Of a stretch of DNA of 64,000 nucleotides, positions 48,096 to 56,525 are shown in pieces. Within the stretch, counting starts at the first letter, position 1, and each line of letters opens with the position of its first letter. The notes beneath the pieces are model-generated. The model had not been told where the DNA came from and searched no databases. It was given only the letters and a program-made list of their open reading frames with translations. The DNA is from a bacterium (GTDB taxonomy: Bacteria > CAYTYR01 > UBA6262): the NCBI GenBank assembly GCA_028712895.1, contig JAQTPL010000006.1, forward strand, positions 239 through 64,238, written 5' to 3'. The translations under genes and the position numbers were made by a program.

Positions 48096-49436
48096 CTAAT
48101 TCTTTTCTTTTAAGATACGGACCAGGGTGTCGATCTCGGCTTTGGTTCTTTTTTCAGTGACGCAGAATAATAATGACTTTTTAAGTTCCGGATAATATTT
48201 TTTCAACGGTAAACCGCCGATTATATTTTTTCTTAACAGCTTTTTATTCAAGGCCTCTATATTCCCGGGCGCTGTGGCTACAAATTCATTAAAAAAAGCA
48301 GTTTTAAAATTAATTTTCCAGCCTGGTATCCTGGCTACAGCAGCAGCCAGATAATGGGCTCCGGACAAAGAGGCAGTAGCCACATCTTTTAAGCCGGCAG
48401 CACCCATAGAGGAGAGATAAACACAAGCACTTAACGCGCATAAAGCCTCATTGGAACAGATATTACTGGTAGCTCGTTCACGGGGGATATGCTGTTCCCT
48501 GGTCTGTAAGGTCAGCACATAAGCACGTTGTCCCCTGTTGTCAATACTTTCTCCTACTATCCGTCCAGGCATTTTGCGCATGAATTCCTGGCGGCAGGCA
48601 AAAATTCCCAAGTACGGCCCGCCAAAAGAAACCGGTAGTCCCAATGATTGCCCTTCACCCGTAACGATATCAGCGCCGTATTCTGCCGGTTTTTGTAAAA
48701 CACCCAGGCTAACCGGGTAAATGCTGGTGACAAACAAGGCTCCCTGCTTATGGGCCATGGCCCCCAGCTGCTGGACATGTTCCAGGCAGCCGAAAAAATT
48801 CGGCTGCTGCACAACAACAGCTGCCACCTGGTCATTTAACTGGCTTTTCAAGGCAGCCAGGTCGATCAGACCTTCAATAAAAGGTATTTCCTTAATGCTA
48901 ATCCGTGAATTTTTTAAATATGTATGCACTACCTGGCGGTATTCCGGGTGAATGGCCTTAGCCACCAGGACTATATTCCTCTGGGTATGCTCACAAGCCA
49001 GGTGAATTGCCTCATAAAGCGCCGTGGCGCCATCATAGAGGCTGGCATTAGCTACGTCCATCCCGGTCAGGTTACAGATCATCGTCTGGTATTCAAAGAT
49101 CGATTGCAAGGTGCCTTGGCTTATTTCCGGCTGATAAGGAGTATACGCAGTATAAAATTCCCCCCGTTTGGTAATCACCGGTACAGTGCTGGGAATATAA
49201 TGATCATAAGCACCTGCACCTAAAAAACAGCTAAAGTCGGCTACACTGGCGTTTTGACCGGCTACTTCCCGTAGCTGCTTTTTAACTTCCAACTCACTGC
49301 CAGCAGGTGGTAACGCTAAACAGTGGCGAATGATCTTATCTTGCGGAATATCCTTCAAAAGATCTTCTGTTGAAGCTATGCCTAACGCCTGCAACATATC
49401 CTTATTATCAGCATCGGTATTGCCTATATAGTCCAT
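48096..49436 (-). CDS. gcvPA: Glycine dehydrogenase (decarboxylating) subunit 1
   Basis: A 446-aa protein colinear with GcvPA. Confidence 0.9.
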   Translation of the reverse strand: MDYIGNTDADNKDMLQALGIASTEDLLKDIPQDKIIRHCLALPPAGSELEVKKQLREVAGQNASVADFSCFLGAGAYDHYIPSTVPVITKRGEFYTAYTPYQPEISQGTLQSIFEYQTMICNLTGMDVANASLYDGATALYEAIHLACEHTQRNIVLVAKAIHPEYRQVVHTYLKNSRISIKEIPFIEGLIDLAALKSQLNDQVAAVVVQQPNFFGCLEHVQQLGAMAHKQGALFVTSIYPVSLGVLQKPAEYGADIVTGEGQSLGLPVSFGGPYLGIFACRQEFMRKMPGRIVGESIDNRGQRAYVLTLQTREQHIPRERATSNICSNEALCALSACVYLSSMGAAGLKDVATASLSGAHYLAAAVARIPGWKINFKTAFFNEFVATAPGNIEALNKKLLRKNIIGGLPLKKYYPELKKSLLFCVTEKRTKAEIDTLVRILKEKN

Positions 49437-49438
49437 AA

Positions 49439-49828
49439 CTACTTAGATCCCTCACTGATTAACTTTTCATATTCTTCCGCGGACAGCAAGCTAGATAATT
49501 CCGTGGGAGCAGCTAAAGCTATTTTAATCATCCAGCCGTTAGTGTATGGTTCTTTATTGACCAATTCAGGCTGCTTGCCCAAAGCCTCATTGACACTGAC
49601 CACCATACCGCTGACCGGACTGAACAGATCACTGACCGCTTTTACGCTTTCAGCCACGCCAAAAGATTCTTGCTGTTTCAATTGTCGTTCTACCTTGGGT
49701 AATTCAACAAAGACGATGTCTCCCAGTTCTTCCTGGGCATAATCAGTAATGCCGATTACTATTGTATTATTGCCCACCGCTTTTACCCATTCATGGGATT
49801 TGCTGTATTTCAAGTCCTTTGGAACCAT
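49439..49828 (-). CDS. gcvH: Glycine cleavage system H protein
   Basis: Lipoyl-lysine region 'ESVKAVSDLFSPVSG'. Confidence 0.9.
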   Translation of the reverse strand: MVPKDLKYSKSHEWVKAVGNNTIVIGITDYAQEELGDIVFVELPKVERQLKQQESFGVAESVKAVSDLFSPVSGMVVSVNEALGKQPELVNKEPYTNGWMIKIALAAPTELSSLLSAEEYEKLISEGSK

Positions 49829-49860
49829 TAAAACCTCCGGTATTAGCTTATTGCTCTTAG

Positions 49861-49928
49861 CTCATAGGTCGTAGGAAAATCTACTGATTTCTTTTTTTTC
49901 CTGCGAGCTACCAGCTACGAGCTACGAA
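49861..49928. repeat. Intercistronic inverted repeat (CTCATAGGTCGTAGG / GCTACGAGCTACGAAC) in the gcvT-gcvH spacer
   Basis: GAGCTAYGA-family arms separated by a T-rich stretch. Confidence 0.45.
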
Positions 49929-49936
49929 CTGATTTA

Positions 49937-51037
49937 TTAGTCGCGAACATGGCTGGGGACAAAAGGCGTTTTTACTATTGTTGCCGGATATTTTTCTCCC
50001 CTGATCTCGATATTCAGCTTATTATCTAATGCAGCTTCAGCTAATCTGATATATCCCAGGCAAATACTTTTAGCCAAGGTTGGGGAAAATGTCCCGCTGG
50101 TAACCTGACCTACTATCTTCCCGTCTTGGTTAAAGATATGGAATCCATGGCGAGCGATCTGCCGGCCTTGCATGGTCAGACCAGCCAGCTTGCGTGATAG
50201 CCCGGCCTTTTTTATTTGTTCCAGGCTGGTCTTGCCAATAAAATTATCCTTCTCCAATTTTACTGCCCAGTCCAACCCAGCTTTTAGCGGATTAGTATCC
50301 TGGTCAATATCATTTCCGTACAGGGAATATTTCATTTCCAACCGCAAAATATCCCTGGCTCCCAAACCACAGGGGATGGCTCCCTGGTCAATAATGCTTT
50401 GCCAGATTTTTTCTGTATCTGGCTCCGGTTCAGGCTGGGCAAAATAAAATATTTCATAGCCTAGCTCTCCGGTATATCCGGTACGGGAAATAGTCACTGG
50501 CTTGCCGGCGACCTGCCCCTTAGCAAAATGCAAATAATCCAAAACGGCAATCTCTGGCCCGGCCAGTTTGACCATGATATCCCTGGCGCCAGGACCCTGC
50601 AGCGAAATCAGTGAAGTGCTTTCGGAAATATCATTCAACATCACATCATAAAAACTTTTTTGTTCCATCAGGTACTGGTAATCTTTTTCTGTATTCGCGG
50701 CATTTACCACCAATAGATAATTATGCCGGCTGATCTTATTAATGAACAAGTCGTCCACAATGCCGCCGTGATCATAACACATGAGACTGTAAAGACAATC
50801 TCCCGGCGCCATTACTGACACATCATTGGTCATTACCTGCTGCAGAAATTTTTCCGCCTGGTCACCGATAACGGTGATCTCTCCCATATGACAAATATCA
50901 AAGAGACCGGCTTTTTTCCGTACTGCCCAATACTCATCGATAATACTGCTATATTGCACCGGCATCAACCACCCGCCAAACTCAATCAAGCGGGCTTTAT
51001 GCTGCTGGTGCCAATGATAAAGTTTAGTTTGTTTCAA
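49937..51037 (-). CDS. gcvT: Glycine cleavage system T protein (aminomethyltransferase)
   Basis: A 366-aa protein colinear with GcvT. Confidence 0.9.
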   Translation of the reverse strand: MKQTKLYHWHQQHKARLIEFGGWLMPVQYSSIIDEYWAVRKKAGLFDICHMGEITVIGDQAEKFLQQVMTNDVSVMAPGDCLYSLMCYDHGGIVDDLFINKISRHNYLLVVNAANTEKDYQYLMEQKSFYDVMLNDISESTSLISLQGPGARDIMVKLAGPEIAVLDYLHFAKGQVAGKPVTISRTGYTGELGYEIFYFAQPEPEPDTEKIWQSIIDQGAIPCGLGARDILRLEMKYSLYGNDIDQDTNPLKAGLDWAVKLEKDNFIGKTSLEQIKKAGLSRKLAGLTMQGRQIARHGFHIFNQDGKIVGQVTSGTFSPTLAKSICLGYIRLAEAALDNKLNIEIRGEKYPATIVKTPFVPSHVRD

Positions 51038-51966
51038 TCCTGGAAATCCCCGATCCCCCGCCCTTTGAATAAGGCGATATCAACGACCACGCTGACAAAT
51101 GTGGTTCTTAAGGCCATTTTACTGAGCGCGATCGCTTTGATCAGCACTTTCCGTTTCTTAGGCATTTTTTTAAGTAACGCCGCCAGGTTTCTAGCCTCAG
51201 GGAAAACCTGGTAATTGGGAATAAAAATCAAAAACGCTTCAATATTAAATCCCTGGTAAATTTCTACCAGATTGGCCAGATCCAACTGGGCCCTGAGAGG
51301 ATAGTTATCATCAAAAACATTTTCCAGGCTGAAAGGATGATGTTTCACTGTTTTTAAAACATCCGTTAATCCGGCGAGAAAAAGGCGGGCATTTTCCTGT
51401 TCTCCTTCGGGATATAAAATGCCAACTTTGACTTCATCTTCCTTCGGCACCAGTAACTCTTCCGGCAAATCTTTTTCCTTTTTCAGATACATCGGCTGGA
51501 TCCGGCCGACTTCCAGGGGAATCGGTTCCTCAGTCTCCTGGCCGGGCATCCTGATATCCCCGGGCAAAACAACATTCTTATGCTTGAGCGCTTCTTTGGC
51601 TTCAGCTTTACTGATCCCGCGATCGGATAAATCCTTGATCACCCCGCCAATTTCCCGGGCCAGGTTATCAGCTCTTTCCGGTGCGCCTGTTTTCTTTTTT
51701 GCCTCTGGTAATTCCTGGGCGTCAGCCACGGAAAGCCGCTTCATGAATTTTTCTACTTCCAACCGGGTTTCTTTACTGGACGTATTCAGATAAAAACCCC
51801 AATTATAATCGCCGCGAGCAGCTTTGAGTTGAAAAGGAGGCTGACAAACTTTCTCAAATTTTCCCACCACCCTAAGAACATCTTCACGATCCCCATTAAT
51901 CGATACCAGGTAGCGGTCCTGGTGTTTGTCGTCAAAATAAGATTCTATTTTCCAGCGGATAATCAT
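51034..51966 (-). CDS. Hypothetical protein. Its N- and C-terminal domains are paralogous to the termini of the DnaA-like protein at 44693-46528; it follows pilT.
   Basis: N-terminus 'MIIRWKIESYFDD...INGDREDVLRV...DYNWGFYL' versus '[15 protein letters not shown]...[11 protein letters not shown]...DYNWSFYI'. C-terminus 'VGILYPEGEQE...' versus '[11 protein letters not shown]...'. The start overlaps the pilT stop (ATGA). Confidence 0.5.
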   Translation of the reverse strand: MIIRWKIESYFDDKHQDRYLVSINGDREDVLRVVGKFEKVCQPPFQLKAARGDYNWGFYLNTSSKETRLEVEKFMKRLSVADAQELPEAKKKTGAPERADNLAREIGGVIKDLSDRGISKAEAKEALKHKNVVLPGDIRMPGQETEEPIPLEVGRIQPMYLKKEKDLPEELLVPKEDEVKVGILYPEGEQENARLFLAGLTDVLKTVKHHPFSLENVFDDNYPLRAQLDLANLVEIYQGFNIEAFLIFIPNYQVFPEARNLAALLKKMPKKRKVLIKAIALSKMALRTTFVSVVVDIALFKGRGIGDFQD

Positions 51967-53075
51967 TATTTATCCCTCTTGCTTTGGTTATTATTTTCAT
52001 CAACTCCGGTGTAAATACCCCGAACGCTCAACATGAGTTCATCCGGATTAGTAGCATTATCCAGAGCATCTTCCAGGGAGATCTTCCCTTCTTTGTACAA
52101 ATTTAAAAGCGACAGATCAAATGATTGCATGCCGTAAAAAGCTCCCTGTTGCATAGCGGTATAAATACCGGCATCCTTGCCTTCGGCAATCAATTTTCTG
52201 ACAAAAGGGGTAACTGTCAGGATCTCGATGGCCGGGATCCGGCCTTCCTGATCGACCCGCGGGATCAGACGCTGCGCAATAATACCACGCAGGATCTGGC
52301 TGAGCGTCATTCTGATCTGGGTTTGCTGATGCGGAGAATACATATCAACAATACGGTTGACGGTATGGACAGCATCGATAGTGTGAACCGTGGAAATAAC
52401 CAAGTGCCCGGTTTCTCCCCCCATAATAGCGGCATTGACTGTTTCAAAATCTCTCATTTCCCCGATCACGATGACATCCGGGTCCTGGCGCAAGACATGT
52501 TTCAGCGCCTGGCCGAAAGACTTGGTATCGCTGCCCACTTCCCGCTGGCTGACCGTGCTCATTTTATCATTATGATAAAACTCAACGGGATCCTCGATCG
52601 TAATAATATTAGAGCGGCGGGTGGAATTAATAAAATCGATCATAGTGTTTAGGGTAGTAGTTTTACCGGCACCGGTAATCCCGGCAATCAAAATAAGACC
52701 GCGGTTATGGCTGGTTATTTTACGCATCGTTTCGCTGGGCAGGTTTAATTCTTCAAAGGTTTTAGGCGAGGGAGGAATAACCCGCAAACTTAACGCGATC
52801 CCGCCTTTTTGCCGGTATAAGTTGACCCGAAAACGAGATACTCCCTCTACTTCGTAGCCAAGGTCTAGTTCATCATCTTTCTCGAATTTTTTTTGTTGTT
52901 TCTCATTCATCAGGTTATAGGCCAGCTGTTCGATATTCTCGCTGGTTAAAGGACTGGATTCAGCAGCCATTAGTTTACCATTAAACCGCAGCATAGGAGG
53001 ACTGCCTGCTTTGAAGTGAATATCTGAGATACTGCGTTTGACCATCAGTTGCAAGAGATCGTCAACATTCATCAT
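51966..53075 (-). CDS. pilT: Type IV pilus retraction ATPase PilT
   Basis: Walker A 'GITGAGKTTT', the PilT-specific 'AIRNLIREGK'-like region 'FVRKLIAEGK', and the His box; 369 aa. Confidence 0.9.
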   Translation of the reverse strand: MMNVDDLLQLMVKRSISDIHFKAGSPPMLRFNGKLMAAESSPLTSENIEQLAYNLMNEKQQKKFEKDDELDLGYEVEGVSRFRVNLYRQKGGIALSLRVIPPSPKTFEELNLPSETMRKITSHNRGLILIAGITGAGKTTTLNTMIDFINSTRRSNIITIEDPVEFYHNDKMSTVSQREVGSDTKSFGQALKHVLRQDPDVIVIGEMRDFETVNAAIMGGETGHLVISTVHTIDAVHTVNRIVDMYSPHQQTQIRMTLSQILRGIIAQRLIPRVDQEGRIPAIEILTVTPFVRKLIAEGKDAGIYTAMQQGAFYGMQSFDLSLLNLYKEGKISLEDALDNATNPDELMLSVRGIYTGVDENNNQSKRDK

Positions 53076-53088
53076 AAACCCCTTTTTT

Positions 53089-53320
53089 AGTGTGGTGTGT
53101 CTAATATATCTTTACATTTGCGGGAGCTATTTTTTTCTGATTCAAGGCGCGAGAAACGCCGCGGGCCTTCAGGCACGTAAGCGACGAGCAACACAGAAGC
53201 AGGGAAAAAGAGCCCCGCCCGGAGGGAAGGACGTCTTTGGCCGACTACTGCGTCGTTCCTCCTTGTATTCGGCTTAAATCCATTCCTTCAAATAAAAAGA
53301 TATATTAGACACGCCACACT
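53089..53320. mobile_element. MITE-like element, copy 1 (232 bp, 22-bp terminal inverted repeats AGTGTGGTGTGTCTAATATATC / GATATATTAGACACGCCACACT)
   Basis: The TIRs match at 21 of 22 positions. The core is shared with 55937-56154. It lies 14 bp from the pilT start codon. Confidence 0.6.
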
Positions 53321-53321
53321 G

Positions 53322-53987
53322 CTATCTCTTTTTATCTCCGGAAACAAGATCAACAGCATGACTGGTGCCGATCCGGGTAGCACCGGCTTCCATCAGGATA
53401 TAAGCTTGCTCGGCAGTATCGATCCCACCACTAGCCTTAACACCCATTTCTATGCCCACTACCTGGCGGATCAGCTTAATGTCATCAACTGTCGCCCCGC
53501 TGTTACTAAAACCCGTGGAAGTTTTAATAAAATTAACACCCTGCATGCAGGCAATCTCGCAAGCCTTAATTTTTTCTTCTTTACTAAGCAGACAGGTCTC
53601 CAGTATCACTTTCAGCACATGACCGCTGGTAACGTTGCGTACCATTTTTATTTCTTCATCTATGATCTCAGGTTCATTCGATTTAAGAGCGCCGATATTC
53701 AAAACCATATCGATTTCATCAGCACCGCTCAGTAATGCGTTACGGGCTTCAATGCTCTTGATCGTGGAGGTGCTGGCACCCAGCGGGAAACCGATCACGG
53801 CTGTAACTTTAATACCGCTCCCATGCAATAGTTTTACCGCGAGTGGCACATAACTTGGATTAACACAAACTGTAGCAAAACGGTACTTTATAGCCTCCTG
53901 GCAAGCGCGTTCAATATCAGCACTTGTGGCCTCAGGTTTTAATACAGCATAATCAATAATTTGCGCTAATTTTTGGTCAAAATCCAT
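53322..53987 (-). CDS. deoC: Deoxyribose-phosphate aldolase. Likely start 'MDFDQK...'; the track ORF extends to 53996.
   Basis: Class I aldolase TIM barrel with the Schiff-base lysine region 'VKASGGI' and 'FIKTSTGF'. Confidence 0.88.
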   Translation of the reverse strand: MDFDQKLAQIIDYAVLKPEATSADIERACQEAIKYRFATVCVNPSYVPLAVKLLHGSGIKVTAVIGFPLGASTSTIKSIEARNALLSGADEIDMVLNIGALKSNEPEIIDEEIKMVRNVTSGHVLKVILETCLLSKEEKIKACEIACMQGVNFIKTSTGFSNSGATVDDIKLIRQVVGIEMGVKASGGIDTAEQAYILMEAGATRIGTSHAVDLVSGDKKR

Positions 53988-54002
53988 AGCCAACACCAGT
54001 TA

Positions 54003-54452
54003 TTATTCCTTCATATATTTTTTCTCGATCGCAGTTATCTTATCGATGCGACGCATATGCCGGTCCCGGCCAAAAGGGGTTTCCAGCCAAGCTTTGATCA
54101 TTTGTTCCATATCTGATTCACTGGTTAAACCGCTTAAGCAAAGCACATTAGCCTGGTTATGTTCGCTCGCTAACCTGGCTTGGTCTGCCTGGCAGCAAAG
54201 AGCAGCCCGGATCCTAGGTACCTTATTGGCGGCAATGCACATGCCAATACCTGTTTTACACAGTAATACTCCCCTGGCGGCCTTCCCTTGCGATATGTCC
54301 TCGGCTACCCGTAAAGCGATATCAGGATAATCAACACTATCCTTAGTATTGGTGCCCAGATCTTTAACTTCATGGCCGAGCTGAGTTAAAAAATCCTTAA
54401 TTTTTTCTTTCAGCTCCACGCCGCCATGATCGCTGCCTATGGCGATGATCAT
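54003..54452 (-). CDS. rpiB: Ribose-5-phosphate isomerase B
   Basis: RpiB/LacAB fold ('IAIGSDHGG', 'GIGMCIAANK'). Confidence 0.9.
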   Translation of the reverse strand: MIIAIGSDHGGVELKEKIKDFLTQLGHEVKDLGTNTKDSVDYPDIALRVAEDISQGKAARGVLLCKTGIGMCIAANKVPRIRAALCCQADQARLASEHNQANVLCLSGLTSESDMEQMIKAWLETPFGRDRHMRRIDKITAIEKKYMKE

Positions 54453-54465
54453 TGTTTACCTCGGA

Positions 54466-55221
54466 TTATAGGTCAAAAGTAACTATTTTGCTGAATGACT
54501 CGGGTTCCAGGCTGGCTCCGCCGACTAAGGCCCCATCTATATCCGCCTGTCCCATAAGTTCTTTGCTATTCTCCGGTTTAACGCTGCCGCCATACAAGAT
54601 CCTGATCTCTTCAGCTACAGCCGGAGCATATATTTCTGCTAATTTTTGGCGGATAAACTTGTGCGCTTCCTCAGCCTGCTGCGGAGTGGCTGTTTTGCCG
54701 GTACCGATAGCCCATACTGGCTCATAAGCAACCACTAATTTCCTAGCCTCTTCAGCGCTTAAGCCGCTGGCACCTTCACGGATCTGGCGTTCCAATACTG
54801 TGAAAGTCTCACTGCTTTCCCTTTCAGCCAGTGTTTCCCCGATACAAACAATGGGTAATAGTCCTGACAGGAAAGCTTTTTTCATTTTTTTATTGACCGT
54901 GGCATCAGTCTCGCCAAAGTATTGCCGGCGTTCAGAATGCCCAATGATCACATAGGTACAGCCGGTATCTCTCAGCATCCCCGGGGCAATCTCCCCGGTA
55001 AAAGCGCCTTTGTCTTCCCAATACATATTTTGGGCGCCTAATTTCAGGTTGGAGCCCTTCATGGATTCAGCCGCAATAGCTAAACTGGTAAAGGGCGGAC
55101 AGACTACCACTTCCCGGTCACTCAGCTTCCCTACCCGGCTGGCTAAACCTTCAACCAGGGCTTTAGCCTCCTGGGTATTTTTGTACATTTTCCAATTACC
55201 TGCAAGGATGGGTTTACGCAA
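54466..55221 (-). CDS. tpiA: Triosephosphate isomerase
   Basis: 'LAGNWKM', 'IGHSERR' and 'AYEPVWAIGTG' motifs. Confidence 0.92.
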   Translation of the reverse strand: MRKPILAGNWKMYKNTQEAKALVEGLASRVGKLSDREVVVCPPFTSLAIAAESMKGSNLKLGAQNMYWEDKGAFTGEIAPGMLRDTGCTYVIIGHSERRQYFGETDATVNKKMKKAFLSGLLPIVCIGETLAERESSETFTVLERQIREGASGLSAEEARKLVVAYEPVWAIGTGKTATPQQAEEAHKFIRQKLAEIYAPAVAEEIRILYGGSVKPENSKELMGQADIDGALVGGASLEPESFSKIVTFDL

Positions 55222-55333
55222 AGAAAATACCTCACTTTCAGAATTATATTCCGTAATAGATTATTGGTTTATGATAGCACATCATTTTTTTAATTTCAAG
55301 AGAAAAAAAGAGGATTGTAGGGAAGTTGGGAAC

Positions 55334-55873
55334 CTAACTAAACTGTGTTAGTTTGGGCGGTAATTTTAGGGCTAGGTTGGAGGCTAAAACTATCTTGACC
55401 AGATCGCCGGGCAGAAAAACGGCCATCCCGACCCAACAGGCCTGGGCCAGGGAAAGACGCGCGACAAACATCAGCTGGGCCAGGCCGCAAATATAAATCG
55501 CTATAGTTCCTAAGGCCATAGCCAAGGCCAGCCGCCAAAAGCTTCTTTTTCCTTTAGTCATAATACCAATAATGCAGCTGGCCGCCAGAAAACCCCACAA
55601 ATATCCGCCGGTTGGGCCGAACAATATTCCTAAGCCGGCTGTCCCACCGGCAAACACCGGCAAATTAAGGCAGCCGAGCAAGATATAGATCAACTGACTC
55701 AGCGGACCAAGCAGCGGGCCGAGGATTATACCGGATAAATAAGTAAAAAAAGTTTGCAAGGTAATAGGGACAGGATTGAAAGGCAAAGGGAGGGACACAA
55801 AGCTGCCGCCAGCGGTCAAACTGGCAAAAAGGCTGACTTTAACCATATCGTGGGCTGTTAGGCGCATAGGCAT
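55334..55873 (-). CDS. bioY: Biotin transporter BioY (ECF-type S component)
   Basis: A 6-TM protein with the motif 'VPITLQTFFTYLSGIILGP'. Confidence 0.8.
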   Translation of the reverse strand: MPMRLTAHDMVKVSLFASLTAGGSFVSLPLPFNPVPITLQTFFTYLSGIILGPLLGPLSQLIYILLGCLNLPVFAGGTAGLGILFGPTGGYLWGFLAASCIIGIMTKGKRSFWRLALAMALGTIAIYICGLAQLMFVARLSLAQACWVGMAVFLPGDLVKIVLASNLALKLPPKLTQFS

Positions 55874-55936
55874 ACCATCTACTGTTAACTTACATTAAAA
55901 TCAAGTTAACTTTAAAGATAAAAAAAATAATAATAA

Positions 55937-56154
55937 GTTGGTGCTTCTAATATTTCTTTACATTTGCGGGAGCTATTTTTTCCTGGTTCAAGGCACGAGG
56001 AGTACGGCGTAGTAGCACTACGTAAGCGACGAGTAACACCGAAGCAGGGAAAAAGAGACCCGCCCGGAGGGAAGGATGTTTTTGGCCAACTACTGCGTCG
56101 CTTCTCCCTGCCTACCGGCAGGCAGGCTTGACGTATCTTCTAGACACACCACAC
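55937..56154. mobile_element. MITE-like element, copy 2 (about 218 bp; left TIR degenerate, right TIR TAGACACACCACACT)
   Basis: Shares the core 'CTTTACATTTGCGGGAGCTATTTTTT...CGTAAGCGACGAG.AACAC.GAAGCAGGGAAAAAGAG.CCCGCCCGGAGGGAAGGA.GT.TTTGGCC.ACTACTGCGTCG' with copy 1. It lies 63 bp upstream of bioY. Confidence 0.55.
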
Positions 56155-56260
56155 TAAGCCAAAAACGAGCCCCCATTAGTTAAACCGAATGGGAGCTCAA
56201 AAACTGTTTGCCTCGTTAGAAACTCGATTTCTAACCGGGGTTGCTTAAAAAACTGTTTAG

Positions 56261-56392
56261 CTATCTTCTTTTCTTTTTTTTCTTCTCACCACCGCGAGCC
56301 ATTTTCGCTCTGGAGATGTCACCCTGCTTGTCAATGAAATAAAGATACCCAGCCTGTTTCTTAACGCCGCATTTCATCACTTTCTCTGCCAT
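56261..56392 (-). CDS. Small basic protein (43 aa), not in the ORF track: MAEKVMKCGVKKQAGYLYFIDKQGDISRAKMARGGEKKKKKRR
   Basis: My own translation. A strong Shine-Dalgarno sequence 'GAGGGGGGG' lies 8 nt upstream of the ATG, and the tail is Lys/Arg-rich. Confidence 0.4.
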   Translation of the reverse strand: MAEKVMKCGVKKQAGYLYFIDKQGDISRAKMARGGEKKKKKRR

Positions 56393-56525
56393 TATTCTTC
56401 ACCCCCCCTCATCTTTTGATCATGAAAAAAATGTTCTAGGCTTCTTATACACTATCTATTTGGACTTGTCAAGATAATTCTTACTTTTTTACGACGAGCT
56501 CTCTGACGATGAAAATCCCGAAGTA

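Noticed and set aside
53089-53320. Interpreting the MITE-like element as a protein-coding gene or as a riboswitch upstream of pilT
   Set aside because: No open frame spans it, and it carries clear terminal inverted repeats and has a second copy. A known riboswitch class could not be recognised from the sequence.
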